64,000 nt of DNA from assembly GCA_013239625.1 (NCBI GenBank), contig MU055753.1, positions 3,768,153-3,832,152 of the forward strand, given 5' to 3'. Source of the DNA: Lama guanicoe. Lineage: Eukaryota. Numbering within the stretch: the first letter of the stretch is position 1; each line of letters starts with the position of its first letter. Both the position numbers and the translations under genes were made by a program. Below the pieces are notes generated by a model. The model was not told where the DNA came from, searched no databases, and was given only the letters and a program-made list of their open reading frames with translations. Of the stretch, positions 28,440-41,200 are shown in pieces.

Positions 28440-31384
28440 CGCCGGGCCTCCCCGCCCCCGTCGCAGGAGCCCGCCGCGCTCTGGGCGGGGACGCCGGGGC
28501 GCCGCTGAGCCGCGGCTCCTCGGCCCCTCGTTCTCCTCCCGGCCCCGCCCCGGGCAGGGAGGGCGGCGGACTGACCAGCCCCGCGCACGCACGCACATTC
28601 GGGGACTTTGTGCATGCCCCTCGTGCCCGCACTGCACGCCCGCCCTCCACCACGCCACAGCCACCTCCATCCTTCGCCAGCCTGCCCGCCCGCCGGCGGT
28701 GGGGGGCTGGGGCTTGGTCCTGGGAGCGCTTTGAGCTCGCCAGGCGGCCACCCTTACCGCCTTCCTCGCCACACCCTGCTCTGTCTCCCCGCCGTCCCCC
28801 CACCCCGGGCAGGGCCCAGGGGGATTGAGGGGAACTGTGTCTCCTAGGACTTAGGGGCCCGGAAGAGCCCCAGGGCTTCCCGCATCTTCCACTGCACCGC
28901 GCCTGGAGCCCTCCGAGGGTTGCGAGGGGAAACAGGCCGCCGCCAAAGCCATGGCCCACCCAGGAGCCCAAGTCCCACCCGCCCTCCCCCCTCCTCATGC
29001 CAGCCTGACCCCAACGACCTCCCCTCTTCCTTGCCGCCGTGTGAAACAGTCTCTACTCGCCCCACCCCGACTCCAAGGCCTAAGGTCCTTGGGCCCTCGC
29101 CAGGCTAGGGCAGAATTGGATTAGGAGAGTGGCCGCTAGGCTGACAATGACCTTGGCATAATCAACATTAGCCCAGTTGGCTCCAGTCCGCCTCAACCCA
29201 GCGGTGGTGGTACAGCTGCCTTGTGAGACCTTAAGCTGGAGTGAACCTCAGGGCCTGCAGGCCTTGGGGCCTTGGGAGCAGTCCTGGGTGGACCCCACCC
29301 CACAGCCCCTGTAGCCAGCTGGGTTCAGGACCCTCAGCGCCACACTTCACCCTGGGTAGGTCTCCATTAGGTGGAAGCTGAAAAGGGGGGCCCCAGCTGA
29401 GGCTTACGGCCAGCGCCAGCCAGCAACTCTGATCTTCCAGTGGCCAGCACACCCTTAACACCCAGAGAAGGGAGGGCTCCTTTCTAGCTGCACCCCTCAA
29501 ACCATCTTCCCAAATCTCTGTCTGCCCACATGGGCTCACCATGTTCTGTCCAATCCCAAGACGCTGGGATGTCCTGGGGGTGCTGGCACATCTTGGCAAT
29601 TGCTGAGGAGGGGGCTGGGACCCCTTTCCATCCCAACCTTGAGCCCCAGGATGTACAGCACCCACATCCAATTTTGGGACNNNNNNNNNNNNNNNNNNNN
29701 NNNNNNNNNNNNNNNNNNNNNNNNNNNNNNNNNNNNNNNNNNNNNNNNNNNNNNNNNNNNNNNNNNNNNNNNNNNNNNNNNNNNNNNNNNNNNNNNNNNN
29801 NNNNNNNNNCAACAGCCCAAAGATTTCCCTGCCCCTGGAGCACTGGCCAGAGGCTCCAGGGTTGAGGTGGTCAGGAGCCAGTTTCTTCAGCTTCTTCTCC
29901 CCACAGCTCCCTAGTGGGGAGGGGCAGCTGTCCATTTGTCCAAAGTATTAATGCAACTGAAGCTGTGATATTTCCAATGACTGTAGGNNNNNNNNNNNNN
30001 NNNNNNNNNNNNNNNNNNNNNNNNNNNNNNNNNNNNNNNNNNNNNNNNNNNNNNNNNNNNNNNNNNNNNNNNNNNNNNNNNNNNNNNNNNNNNNNNNNNN
30101 NNNNNNNNNNNNNNNNNNNNNNNNNNNNNNNNNNNNNNNNNNNNNNNNNNNNNNNNNNNNNNNNNNNAAACACAGGTCTGAATTGTTTTTAGGTCATCAG
30201 ACCATGGTGGGGGAGGGTGTATCTGTCTTGAGTGGCATACATCTGAATTTTTGTGCACCTCTCATCAGACTTATTGGTTCTTTCAACAAACATGTAGAGG
30301 CTGGTAACACTGTGCCAGACTGGAAACCCAGCAGCGACCAACACAGAAGGTCCCTAACCGCTCACTGCTTAAGTAGGGAGAAACACTAAAATCATTACAC
30401 ATAAGATTCCGTCCAAAATATCTAGGATCTAACCTATCCTTTCAGAAGGGCAAAAATGAGCCCTGTTTCCTGCACAGGGTAACTGAGGTTAAGAGAGGGT
30501 CAAGGGTGTCCTTAAAGATCACATGGCAAGGACAGACCAGGGATCATACCCAAGAGAGAAAGGGAGGCTCAGAGACGGTCACTGAGCCGGTTGTGAACAG
30601 GTCATGTCAGACGTTGGAGCTCTTGGAGACAAGATGTGATCCTTGCCTGGTGGAGTTCACACACATATGTGATAGACGATAATCAGTATACAAAGGAAAA
30701 GGTTGTGACAAGTGCGGTGGAGGTGGAAGTGACAGTGACCGGAGAGGCAGTGTTAGATGCAGTGGTCCGGGAATGCCTCTGAGAATGTGACACTTAAGCT
30801 GAACCCTGAAGGATAAGAAGACGCGTTCTGGAGAGAGAGCGACAACGTGTGATGGCGGTGAGGCAGGAAAGAACTCGGCGGGCTGGAAGCTGCGGGGGCT
30901 AAAGGTGCGCGGGGAGAGGAAGACGCCGGGAGTTTGCGATTTATTCACAGTCCGGTGGAAACTTAAGAGGGACGTTAGGCCAAAGAGTGGTATCTGGCTG
31001 CTGTGCGGGGTTCAGATCAGGGGGAACGAGGGACCCAGGGAAAGCTGTCAGGAAGCTGCTCACGGGGCCTGGCGGAGAATGAGGACGGAGGCAGAGACGA
31101 CGGAAGGATTCGGGACTCGTTTAAGGAAGCCTAGACTTGCCGACGGACCTTGGGGGAGAGATGAACACTGGTATTAATATACTGCGACAAAGAGAACAAC
31201 CCCCGATACGTAACCGGGGAGCCTCTGTACCCAAGTCCTGAACCACACACCTCAGCCTCTACCAGCGCAGCTCCCTAATCCGGAACTTTGGTGTTGTGGG
31301 CGTCCGCTTCCAGCCAGGGGCTGGCAACCCGGCAGCAAACTCACTCCCCCTTCCTGGATCCTGTCTGCAGACCGAGTGAGGAAG

Positions 31385-34300
31385 ATGTCGAGCCCGGGCA
31401 TCAACGGCGATCCCAAGCCTCCATGCTTGCCTCGCAATGGTTTGGTGAAGCTGCCAGGCCAGCCCAACGGCCTGGGCACAGCCAGCATCACCAAGGGCAC
31501 ACCGGCTGCCAAGAACCGACCCTGTCACCCACCCCCACTCTCCCTCCCACCACCCAGCCTGGCTGCCCCGCCGCCCCGGGCTGCCCTGGCCGGGGGCCTA
31601 TGCCCCCCGGCGGGGCTCCCCCTTGGTGGACCAGCCTCAGCTCCGGTGCCTGGGCCCCCAGCAGAACGGCCACCACTGGCCACCGACGAGAAAATCCTCA
31701 ATGGCCTCTTCTGGTACTTCTCTGCCTGCGAGAAGTGCGTGCTGGCTCAGGTGTGCAAGGCCTGGAGGCGTGTGCTCTATCAGCCCAAGTTCTGGGCGGG
31801 CCTCACACCTGTGCTGCACGCCAAGGAGCTCTACACAGTGCTGCCTGGAGGTGAGAAGGAATTTGTGAGCCTGCAGGGCTTTGCAGCACGCGGCTTTGAG
31901 GGTTTCTGCCTGGTTGGAGTCTCCGACCTGGACATCTGTGAGTTCATCGACAACTATGCCCTCTCCAAGAAGGGTGTCAAGGCCATGAGCCTCAAGCGTT
32001 CCACCATCACTGACGCTGGCCTGGAGGTGCGCCCTGACACTGGCCTGGAAGGGGCAGGGATCAGGGGCAGGGGCAGGCAGCAACCACTAAGCATGTGTTG
32101 GGGGGAAGTGGGAGGCAGCACCGAGAGGAAGCTTGGGCACCAAGCAGCAAAGCAGCCAAGGGCGGGGCTGGTGCCCTGAGGAGGAGCATGGCTCTGGGGT
32201 GAGGAACTGTCTACATAATTTGGGGGGATCCAGTCCAAACTGAAAAGTCAGGTCCCATGTTCCAAGATGACTAAGAATTTCAAGCCAGTGACAGCAAAGT
32301 AGCCAATTAAATGTGAGGCCCTTCTGAGCTCAGGGCCCTGCATGCCTCTGAAGCCCACTGTGGGTTGGGAGGATGCTGGAGGAGGTAGGAGGAGTAGGGG
32401 CAGAGGTTGGAGGAGCAGCTGTGCAGGACCTAGACTCTAAAAATCAAATCATTAACACCAACGGCTCTGAGCACCTACTCCAGCCAGGCCCTGGGCTCCC
32501 AGATCTCCTGTGGCCTGCCTCCTTTTTTGAATGTTGTTCAGGTGTAATGAACACACTGTAAGTGCACTAGTCAGCATACAGCTTGATGCATGTTTACACC
32601 ATCTACGTGCTCAAGAACACAGCTTCCTGCCCCTCAGTGGGCTCCTTCTGCCCTGACTCCTACCATCCTCACCACGCCTTGCAGGGAGGGGCTCACCTGG
32701 GGAAACGGTGGTAGGCTTCTACAAAGGCAAGGGCGAGGTTGAGGCCTCCTGACCCCATGCCTGCCCGCCTGCAGGTGATGCTGGAGCAGATGCAAGGTGT
32801 GGTGCGCCTTGAGCTGTCGGGCTGCAACGACTTCACCGAGGCTGGGCTGTGGTCCAGCCTGAGTGCTCGCATCACCTCGCTGAGCGTGAGCGACTGCATC
32901 AATGTGGCCGACGACGCTATTGCAGCCATCTCACAGCTGCTGCCCAACCTGGCCGAGCTGAGCTTGCAGGCCTACCACGTGACGGACACAGCGCTGGCCT
33001 ACTTCACGGCGCGCCAAGGCCACAGCACACACACGCTGCGCCTCCTCTCCTGCTGGGAGATCACCAACCACGGTGTGGTCAATGTGGTGCACAGCCTGCC
33101 CAATCTCACTGCTCTCAGCCTCTCTGGCTGCTCCAAGGTCACCGATGATGGCGTGGAGCTTGTAGCCGAGAACCTGCGCAAGCTACGCAGCCTCGACCTC
33201 TCGTGGTGCCCACGCATCACCGACATGGCTCTCGAGTACGTGGCCTGCGATCTGCACCGCCTGGAGGAGCTTGTGCTGGACAGGTATGCATATCCCCCAT
33301 CCTGGGGCTGTGGAGGGCAGGGCTGGGTGAGGGTTACTGGACCTTCTAACTAGGGAGCCTCGAGTAGTGGACAGGCCTGTAGCTAGAGTAGGGCTGCGGC
33401 TAGGGAGGCGGGGCCCTGATAAGACGCCAGCCAAGTGAGGGCAGGGCTGAGCTGTGTCCTCTGGAGTAGAGAATAGCACTCAGTGACCAGGTAGGGGTGA
33501 AGCCTGGCTGGGATGGGGCTATGGAAAGGGCGGGGCCATGGTGGGGAGGTGGGGAGTTCACGCCAGGGGCACTCCAGAAAAAGAAGGAAGGGGTCGAAAC
33601 TGAGGGGCTGGGCGAGGTGATTTGAAGGTGGGCAGCCCCCCTCTGTTGCGACCACAGGTGTGTACGCATCACGGACACTGGCCTCAGCTATTTGTCCACA
33701 ATGTCCTCCCTCCGCAGTCTCTACCTGCGATGGTGCTGCCAGGTACCAGCCCTCCATGCCTCTGGAGATTGGGGAGTAGACAGGGGAGGTGGGGGGGCAC
33801 GGGGAAATCCCCCACCCAGACAAGCAGCTGACCTGCACCCGGCCCACTCAGATCTTGTAGGGAAGTCTGGGATCCCCCACACCCATCGGCCGACATAAGC
33901 GGAGAGAAAGGAGTCCCCCGGGCCCTCACCGACTCTGTGGGGAGCTGAGAAACCCCCGTTTTGAACCCATACCCCGCCCCCTATGGCCTGACCCCAGGAA
34001 TGAGGCTCCCTCAGGGAGCCAACGTAAACAAACTCGCCTCGCCCTCCCGCGCAGGTGCAGGACTTTGGGCTGAAGCACCTCCTGGCCATGAGGAGTTTGC
34101 GTCTCTTGTCTCTGGCAGGTGAGACCCCCTGGTGCCCTCCTGGACGGTGACCACCTACCCACACCTAGTCCGACTCAGCCAGCCCTGCCGGGTCCCCTGT
34201 GCAGATCCATACCTGGGGTTGACTCGCTGTGGCCCAGGTCTCAGTCCGAGGACCCCCGCCCCCGCGCCTCTCGGAGCCCCGGGCCCCGCCCACTCAGCCG

Positions 34301-34474
34301 CCGACCCGCCTCCCGCCCGCCGCAGGCTGCCCGCTGCTGACCACCACAGGGCTGTCGGGCCTGGTGCAGCTGCAGGAGCTGGAGGAGCTGGAGCTGACCA
34401 ACTGCCCTGGGGCCACCCCTGAGCTCTTCAAGTACTTCTCGCAGCACCTGCCCCGCTGCCTCGTCATCGAGTAG
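31385..34474 (+). CDS. FBXL16: FBXL16 copy 2, protein identical to copy 1 and lacking promoter/exon 1; likely artefactual
   Basis: All coding exons are repeated at +6035 and the ORF-track translations are identical. Confidence 0.45.
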
Positions 34475-36649
34475 CGCCGGGCCTCCCCGCCCCCGTCGCA
34501 GGAGCCCGCCGCGCTCTGGGCGGGGACGCCGGGGCGCCGCTGAGCCGCGGCTCCTCGGCCCCTCGTTCTCCTCCCGGCCCCGCCCCGGGCAGGGAGGGCG
34601 GCGGACTGACCAGCCCCGCGCACGCACGCACATTCGGGGACTTTGTGCATGCCCCTCGTGCCCGCACTGCACGCCCGCCCTCCACCACGCCACAGCCACC
34701 TCCATCCTTCGCCAGCCTGCCCGCCCGCCGGCGGTGGGGGGCTGGGGCTTGGTCCTGGGAGCGCTTTGAGCTCGCCAGGCGGCCACCCTTACCGCCTTCC
34801 TCGCCACACCCTGCTCTGTCTCCCCGCCGTCCCCCCACCCCGGGCAGGGCCCAGGGGGATTGAGGGGAACTGTGTCTCCTAGGACTTAGGGGCCCGGAAG
34901 AGCCCCAGGGCTTCCCGCATCTTCCACTGCACCGCGCCTGGAGCCCTCCGAGGGTTGCGAGGGGAAACAGGCCGCCGCCAAAGCCATGGCCCACCCAGGA
35001 GCCCAAGTCCCACCCGCCCTCCCCCCTCCTCATGCCAGCCTGACCCCAACGACCTCCCCTCTTCCTTGCCGCCGTGTGAAACAGTCTCTACTCGCCCCAC
35101 CCCGACTCCAAGGCCTAAGGTCCTTGGGCCCTCGCCAGGCTAGGGCAGAATTGGATTAGGAGAGTGGCCGCTAGGCTGACAATGACCTTGGCATAATCAA
35201 CATTAGCCCAGTTGGCTCCAGTCCGCCTCAACCCAGCGGTGGTGGTACAGCTGCCTTGTGAGACCTTAAGCTGGAGTGAACCTCAGGGCCTGCAGGCCTT
35301 GGGGCCTTGGGAGCAGTCCTGGGTGGACCCCACCCCACAGCCCCTGTAGCCAGCTGGGTTCAGGACCCTCAGCGCCACACTTCACCCTGGGTAGGTCTCC
35401 ATTAGGTGGAAGCTGAAAAGGGGGGCCCCAGCTGAGGCTTACGGCCAGCGCCAGCCAGCAACTCTGATCTTCCAGTGGCCAGCACACCCTTAACACCCAG
35501 AGAAGGGAGGGCTCCTTTCTAGCTGCACCCCTCAAACCATCTTCCCAAATCTCTGTCTGCCCACATGGGCTCACCATGTTCTGTCCAATCCCAAGACGCT
35601 GGGATGTCCTGGGGGTGCTGGCACATCTTGGCAATTGCTGAGGAGGGGGCTGGGACCCCTTTCCATCCCAACCTTGAGCCCCAGGATGTACAGCACCCAC
35701 ATCCAATTTTGGGACNNNNNNNNNNNNNNNNNNNNNNNNNNNNNNNNNNNNNNNNNNNNNNNNNNNNNNNNNNNNNNNNNNNNNNNNNNNNNNNNNNNNN
35801 NNNNNNNNNNNNNNNNNNNNNNNNNNNNNNNNNNNNNNNNNNNNNNCAACAGCCCAAAGATTTCCCTGCCCCTGGAGCACTGGCCAGAGGCTCCAGGGTT
35901 GAGGTGGTCAGGAGCCAGTTTCTTCAGCTTCTTCTCCCCACAGCTCCCTAGTGGGGAGGGGCAGCTGTCCATTTGTCCAAAGTATTAATGCAACTGAAGC
36001 TGTGATATTTCCAATGACTGTAGGNNNNNNNNNNNNNNNNNNNNNNNNNNNNNNNNNNNNNNNNNNNNNNNNNNNNNNNNNNNNNNNNNNNNNNNNNNNN
36101 NNNNNNNNNNNNNNNNNNNNNNNNNNNNNNNNNNNNNNNNNNNNNNNNNNNNNNNNNNNNNNNNNNNNNNNNNNNNNNNNNNNNNNNNNNNNNNNNNNNN
36201 NNNNAAACACAGGTCTGAATTGTTTTTAGGTCATCAGACCATGGTGGGGGAGGGTGTATCTGTCTTGAGTGGCATACATCTGAATTTTTGTGCACCTCTC
36301 ATCAGACTTATTGGTTCTTTCAACAAACATGTAGAGGCTGGTAACACTGTGCCAGACTGGAAACCCAGCAGCGACCAACACAGAAGGTCCCTAACCGCTC
36401 ACTGCTTAAGTAGGGAGAAACACTAAAATCATTACACATAAGATTCCGTCCAAAATATCTAGGATCTAACCTATCCTTTCAGAAGGGCAAAAATGAGCCC
36501 TGTTTCCTGCACAGGGTAACTGAGGTTAAGAGAGGGTCAAGGGTGTCCTTAAAGATCACATGGCAAGGACAGACCAGGGATCATACCCAAGAGAGAAAGG
36601 GAGGCTCAGAGACGGTCACTGAGCCGGTTGTGAACAGGTCATGTCAGAC

Positions 36650-37190
36650 GTTGGAGCTCTTGGAGACAAGATGTGATCCTTGCCTGGTGGAGTTCACACA
36701 CATATGTGATAGACGATAATCAGTATACAAAGGAAAAGGTTGTGACAAGTGCGGTGGAGGTGGAAGTGACAGTGACCGGAGAGGCAGTGTTAGATGCAGT
36801 GGTCCGGGAATGCCTCTGAGAATGTGACACTTAAGCTGAACCCTGAAGGATAAGAAGACGCGTTCTGGAGAGAGAGCGACAACGTGTGATGGCGGTGAGG
36901 CAGGAAAGAACTCGGCGGGCTGGAAGCTGCGGGGGCTAAAGGTGCGCGGGGAGAGGAAGACGCCGGGAGTTTGCGATTTATTCACAGTCCGGTGGAAACT
37001 TAAGAGGGACGTTAGGCCAAAGAGTGGTATCTGGCTGCTGTGCGGGGTTCAGATCAGGGGGAACGAGGGACCCAGGGAAAGCTGTCAGGAAGCTGCTCAC
37101 GGGGCCTGGCGGAGAATGAGGACGGAGGCAGAGACGACGGAAGGATTCGGGACTCGTTTAAGGAAGCCTAGACTTGCCGACGGACCTTGG
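36650..37190. mobile_element. Probable ancient L2 LINE remnant upstream of WDR24 (also at about 30615-31150 in the other copy)
   Basis: L2-like text: tccttgcctggtggagttcac...gtggtccgggaatgcctctgagaatgtgacacttaagctgaaccctgaagga. Confidence 0.5.
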
Positions 37191-38286
37191 GGGAGAGATG
37201 AACACTGGTATTAATATACTGCGACAAAGAGAACAACCCCCGATACGTAACCGGGGAGCCTCTGTACCCAAGTCCTGAACCACACACCTCAGCCTCTACC
37301 AGCGCAGCTCCCTAATCCGGAACTTTGGTGTTGTGGGCGTCCGCTTCCAGCCAGGGGCTGGCANNNNNNNNNNNNNNNNNNNNNNNNNNNNNNNNNNNNN
37401 NNNNNNNNNNNNNNNNNNNNNNNNNNNNNNNNNNNNNNNNNNNNNNNNNNNNNNNNNNNNNNNNNNNNNNNNNNNNNNNNNNNNNNNNNNNNNNNNNNNN
37501 NNNNNNNNNNNNNNNNNNNNNNNNNNNNNNNNNNNNNNNNNNNNNNNNNNNNNNNNNNNNNNNNNNNNNNNNNNNNNNNNNNNNNNNNNNNNNNNNNNNN
37601 NNNNNNNNNNNNNNNNNNNNNNNNNNNNNNNAAAGCGACGGGCTGCTTCCGGCGCGGCGGTTCCGGCTCGGCTGGGTAATTTTAGGAAATGGTTTTGGTG
37701 TTCTCGGAAGGAGCGATTTATACGGTTCTTCTGGCTCTGTTCCTGCAGCCTCCGCGCCGCCAGCCTCTTCTGCCTCCGGTCCCGCCAGACACCCCGAGGC
37801 TCCTTAAACAGCTTGATCCTTGAGGTCCCTGTGTCCCCCGCCCCTCTACAGCCTGTGTCTTCTGGGCCCCGTTAGCCCTTCTACCCCCTCTCCAGAGGCC
37901 AATTGTGCGGACGGTGGAACAACCTGACTTAACTGACTGACTGAAGGTCCAGTGACCGTTCTGATCTGGCTGTTTTGGGAGAGGAGTGCGGTTGGAGAGG
38001 TGGCCTGGCCTGGGACTGACCAGGTAGGGTCTTCCCCAGAAGTCAGACATGGCACTGACTAGCCTCAGGGCAGTACCTTCTGACTGCCTGGCTAGAGTGG
38101 TGGAACTTGCCTATCAGACTGACTAACGGTGGACTGCCTTGGAATGGCTCACCAAGGCTGACCAGTCCAGGCCTAAGCAGTTTTGGAGGAACCACCAAGG
38201 GTGAAGGGTCTGAATTGACAGGCCCCTGCCTCCAGCCTGACCAGGCCTGCCCACTTCACTGACCTGTCCCCACCACCTGTGCAGCC

Positions 38287-41200
38287 ATGGAGAAGATGTC
38301 TCGCGTGACTACAGCCCTGGGTGGCAGCGTGCTGACGGGCCGCACCATGCACTGCCACCTGGATGCACCAGCCAATGCCATCAGTGTGTGCCGTGATGCA
38401 GCCCAGGTAGTGGTGGCCGGTCGCAGCATCTTCAAGATCTATGCCATCGAGGAGGAGCAGTTTGTGGAGAAGCTGAACCTGCGTGTGGGCCGCAAGCCCT
38501 CACTCAACCTGAGCTGTGCAGATGTTGTCTGGCACCAGATGGATGAGAACCTGCTGGCCACAGCTGCCACCAATGGCGTGGTGGTCACCTGGAACTTGGG
38601 CCGGCCGTCCCGCAACAAGCAGGACCAGCTGTTTACTGAGCACAAGCGCACAGTGAACAAAGTCTGCTTCCATCCCACTGAGGCTCATGTGCTTCTCAGT
38701 GGCTCCCAGGATGGCTTCATGAAGTGCTTTGATCTTCGCAGGAAGGACTCTGTCAGCACTTTCTCGGGTGAGGCCCTTGGAGGTGGGTTGGGCAGGTGTG
38801 CATCTCTGCAGGCAGCTAGCCTGTCTAGGCATGTTGAGAAGTGCTCTGTGCATTAAAGGCCCTCAGATGTGCTCCCAGACGGCCTCCTGGAGGAGGGGGT
38901 CACCCTAGCTGGAAGAGTGGATGGAGGTCAGCAGGGGAGGGGTAGGCCTGATGGAAGTGTGAGGGGTACCTGGAGTGTGGTCACAGCTCTGATGCACTTG
39001 TGGGGTCAGCAGGAGTTGAGGCTGGGTGTAGGATCAGGGAGAGGGTAGAGCCTGAGCAGATCCACAACTAACCTGGGCAGCTGAGCAAAGGGTTTGTTTA
39101 ACTGCCTCTTCCCTTGTCTCAGAGCTCCAGGCCACCTTATTGCATGATGTCTTCTACCTCCAGGGTCCTCAGCCCAGGAAAGCAGTAGCGGTGTGGCACA
39201 CAGCCTGGTGCTGCTCCTACAGTTCTTTTCTCAGGAGGCCCAGCTCCCTGACAGCCCAACTTGAGCCAGCTTTCCCTCTTCCACCTTGCTGAGATCAAGT
39301 GAAGCATAGGGCAGAGCCCTCAGAGAACTAGGGGCCCTCTTAAGACAGACCTTGAGCTACCTGTGCTGGGACAAAGCTGGAGTGGTCCACAAGGGTGGAC
39401 ATGACCCTCAAGGCCTCCAGTCCTCTGGCAGCTCCAGCTAAAGGTGAAGGGACTGGGCAGAGGTGGGGGCAGCCCATTCATGCCTCCTTGGGCCTGAGGC
39501 CTGTGACGTATTGTGGACAGATGGCCCAGTGAGGCTCCTGTTCACTCAATGCTCTGATACCCAGTCCTGAAGCTGGCCACAGCTTTGCACAAGGACTGAT
39601 GTCAAGACACAGAATCCAGGAAAAATCAAGGTCCAGGAGTTTATGTCAAAAAAACACTCAATGCCTGGTGTCCTGCTTGCCAGCCCAGGCTATTCTTGTC
39701 TGCTCTGTGAGCCCTCTCTGTACCCCTGTCTGCCCTGGGCAGGCCTCCTGACCTGGGTCACAGGCAGACGTGACATCAGTCCACATCCATTCTGAGGGCT
39801 CCGCTCTTGATTGCTGTCCCTCCTGGAGCTCCCTGGAGGCTGGCCCCCTGACTTTCTCGCTCCACTGATGTCCTGCCCACAGGCCAGTCTGAGAGTGTGC
39901 GTGACGTCCAGTTCAGCATCCGGGACTACTTCACCTTCGCCTCCACCTTTGAGAATGGCAACGTGCAGCTCTGGGACATTCGGCGGCCGGACCGCTGTGA
40001 GAGAATGTTCACAGCCCACAATGGGCCTGTCTTCTGCTGCGACTGGCACCCAGAGGACAGGTGTGGGGTGGGGTGGGGGCTGGGGCGACGGGGCAAGGCA
40101 GGTGGGGCTTATGGAAGGGCTATCTCACTGCCTCAAGGCATGTGAGACAGAGAGTGGGGAGCCCTCCCATCCAAAAAAGAGGACACTGAGAGCTTCCTGG
40201 GCTTTCTGCAGGGGCTGGCTGGCCACAGGTGGGCGTGACAAGATGGTCAAGGTCTGGGACATGACTACACACCGAGCTAAGGAGGTGCATTGTGTGCAAA
40301 CCATTGCATCGGTGGCCAGAGTCAAGTGGCGACCTGAGTGCCGCCACCACCTAGCCACATGCTCCATGATGGTGGACCACAACATCTACGTGTGGGATGT
40401 GCGCCGACCCTTTGTGCCAGCCGCCATGTTTGAGGAACACCGCGACGTCACAACAGGCATCGCCTGGCGCCACCCACATGACCCCTCCTTCCTGCTCTCC
40501 GGCTCTAAGGACAGTACCCTGTGCCAGCACCTGTTCCGTGATGCCAGTCAGCCCGTTGAGCGTGCCAACCCTGAGGGTCTCTGCTACGGTCTCTTTGGGG
40601 ATCTGGCCTTTGCAGCCAAGGAGAGCCTAGTGGCCACTGAATCGGGGCGCAAACCCTACACCGGGGATCGGCGCCACCCAATCTTTTTCAAGCGCAAGCT
40701 GGATCCCGCTGAGCCCTTTGCAGGCCTTGCCTCCAGTGCCCTCAGTGTCTTTGAAATGGAGCCTGGCAGTGGTAGCATGAGCTGGTTTGTGGACACGGCT
40801 GAACGTTATGCCCTGGCTGGCCGGCCACTGGCTGAACTCTGCGACCACAATGCAAAAGTGGCTCGAGAGCTTGGCCGCAACCAGGTAGGTGAGGCTGGGC
40901 TGAGGGGGCCATGACCCTGGGACAGCATCAGGGGGCTTCTCTGACTTTGCTAAGCCCAGACCCTGTCTTGAGTTTGGTGCTTGGCTCTGGTCAAGGCTAC
41001 CACTGGCTTTTGCCCCCGTAACTGAGGGTGTCCAGAATCCCAAGAGTGGGCCAGACGCCAGTGCCATTCTTGGGGTGCCAGTCTGGGGTATTGTGGGGCT
41101 GGAGCCCCCTTTTCTGGCTTTTCTTGCTTTTGGATTTCCCAAGGTGTCTGGCCCTGCAGAAGTCCACAGTGCTTCTCTCATCACCTCCGTGGGATCCCAG

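Larger units (their letters stand above)
25293..37363 (+). repeat. Direct tandem duplication of about 6.04 kb (25293-31326 and 31328-37363); probably an assembly artefact
   Basis: Offset is +6035, then +6037 after the first gap. Both copies contain the same two N-gaps with the same flanks. The only base difference I saw is G26694 vs A32729. Confidence 0.9.

Noticed and set aside
29231-30258. ORFs containing X runs (also near 35266-37875, 46692-47629 and 53078-53587)
   Set aside because: They appear open only because they cross N-gaps.
31385-34474. A genuine second FBXL16 paralogue
   Set aside because: Identical protein, near-identical introns, duplicated N-gaps and no promoter are better explained by an assembly artefact until reads show otherwise.
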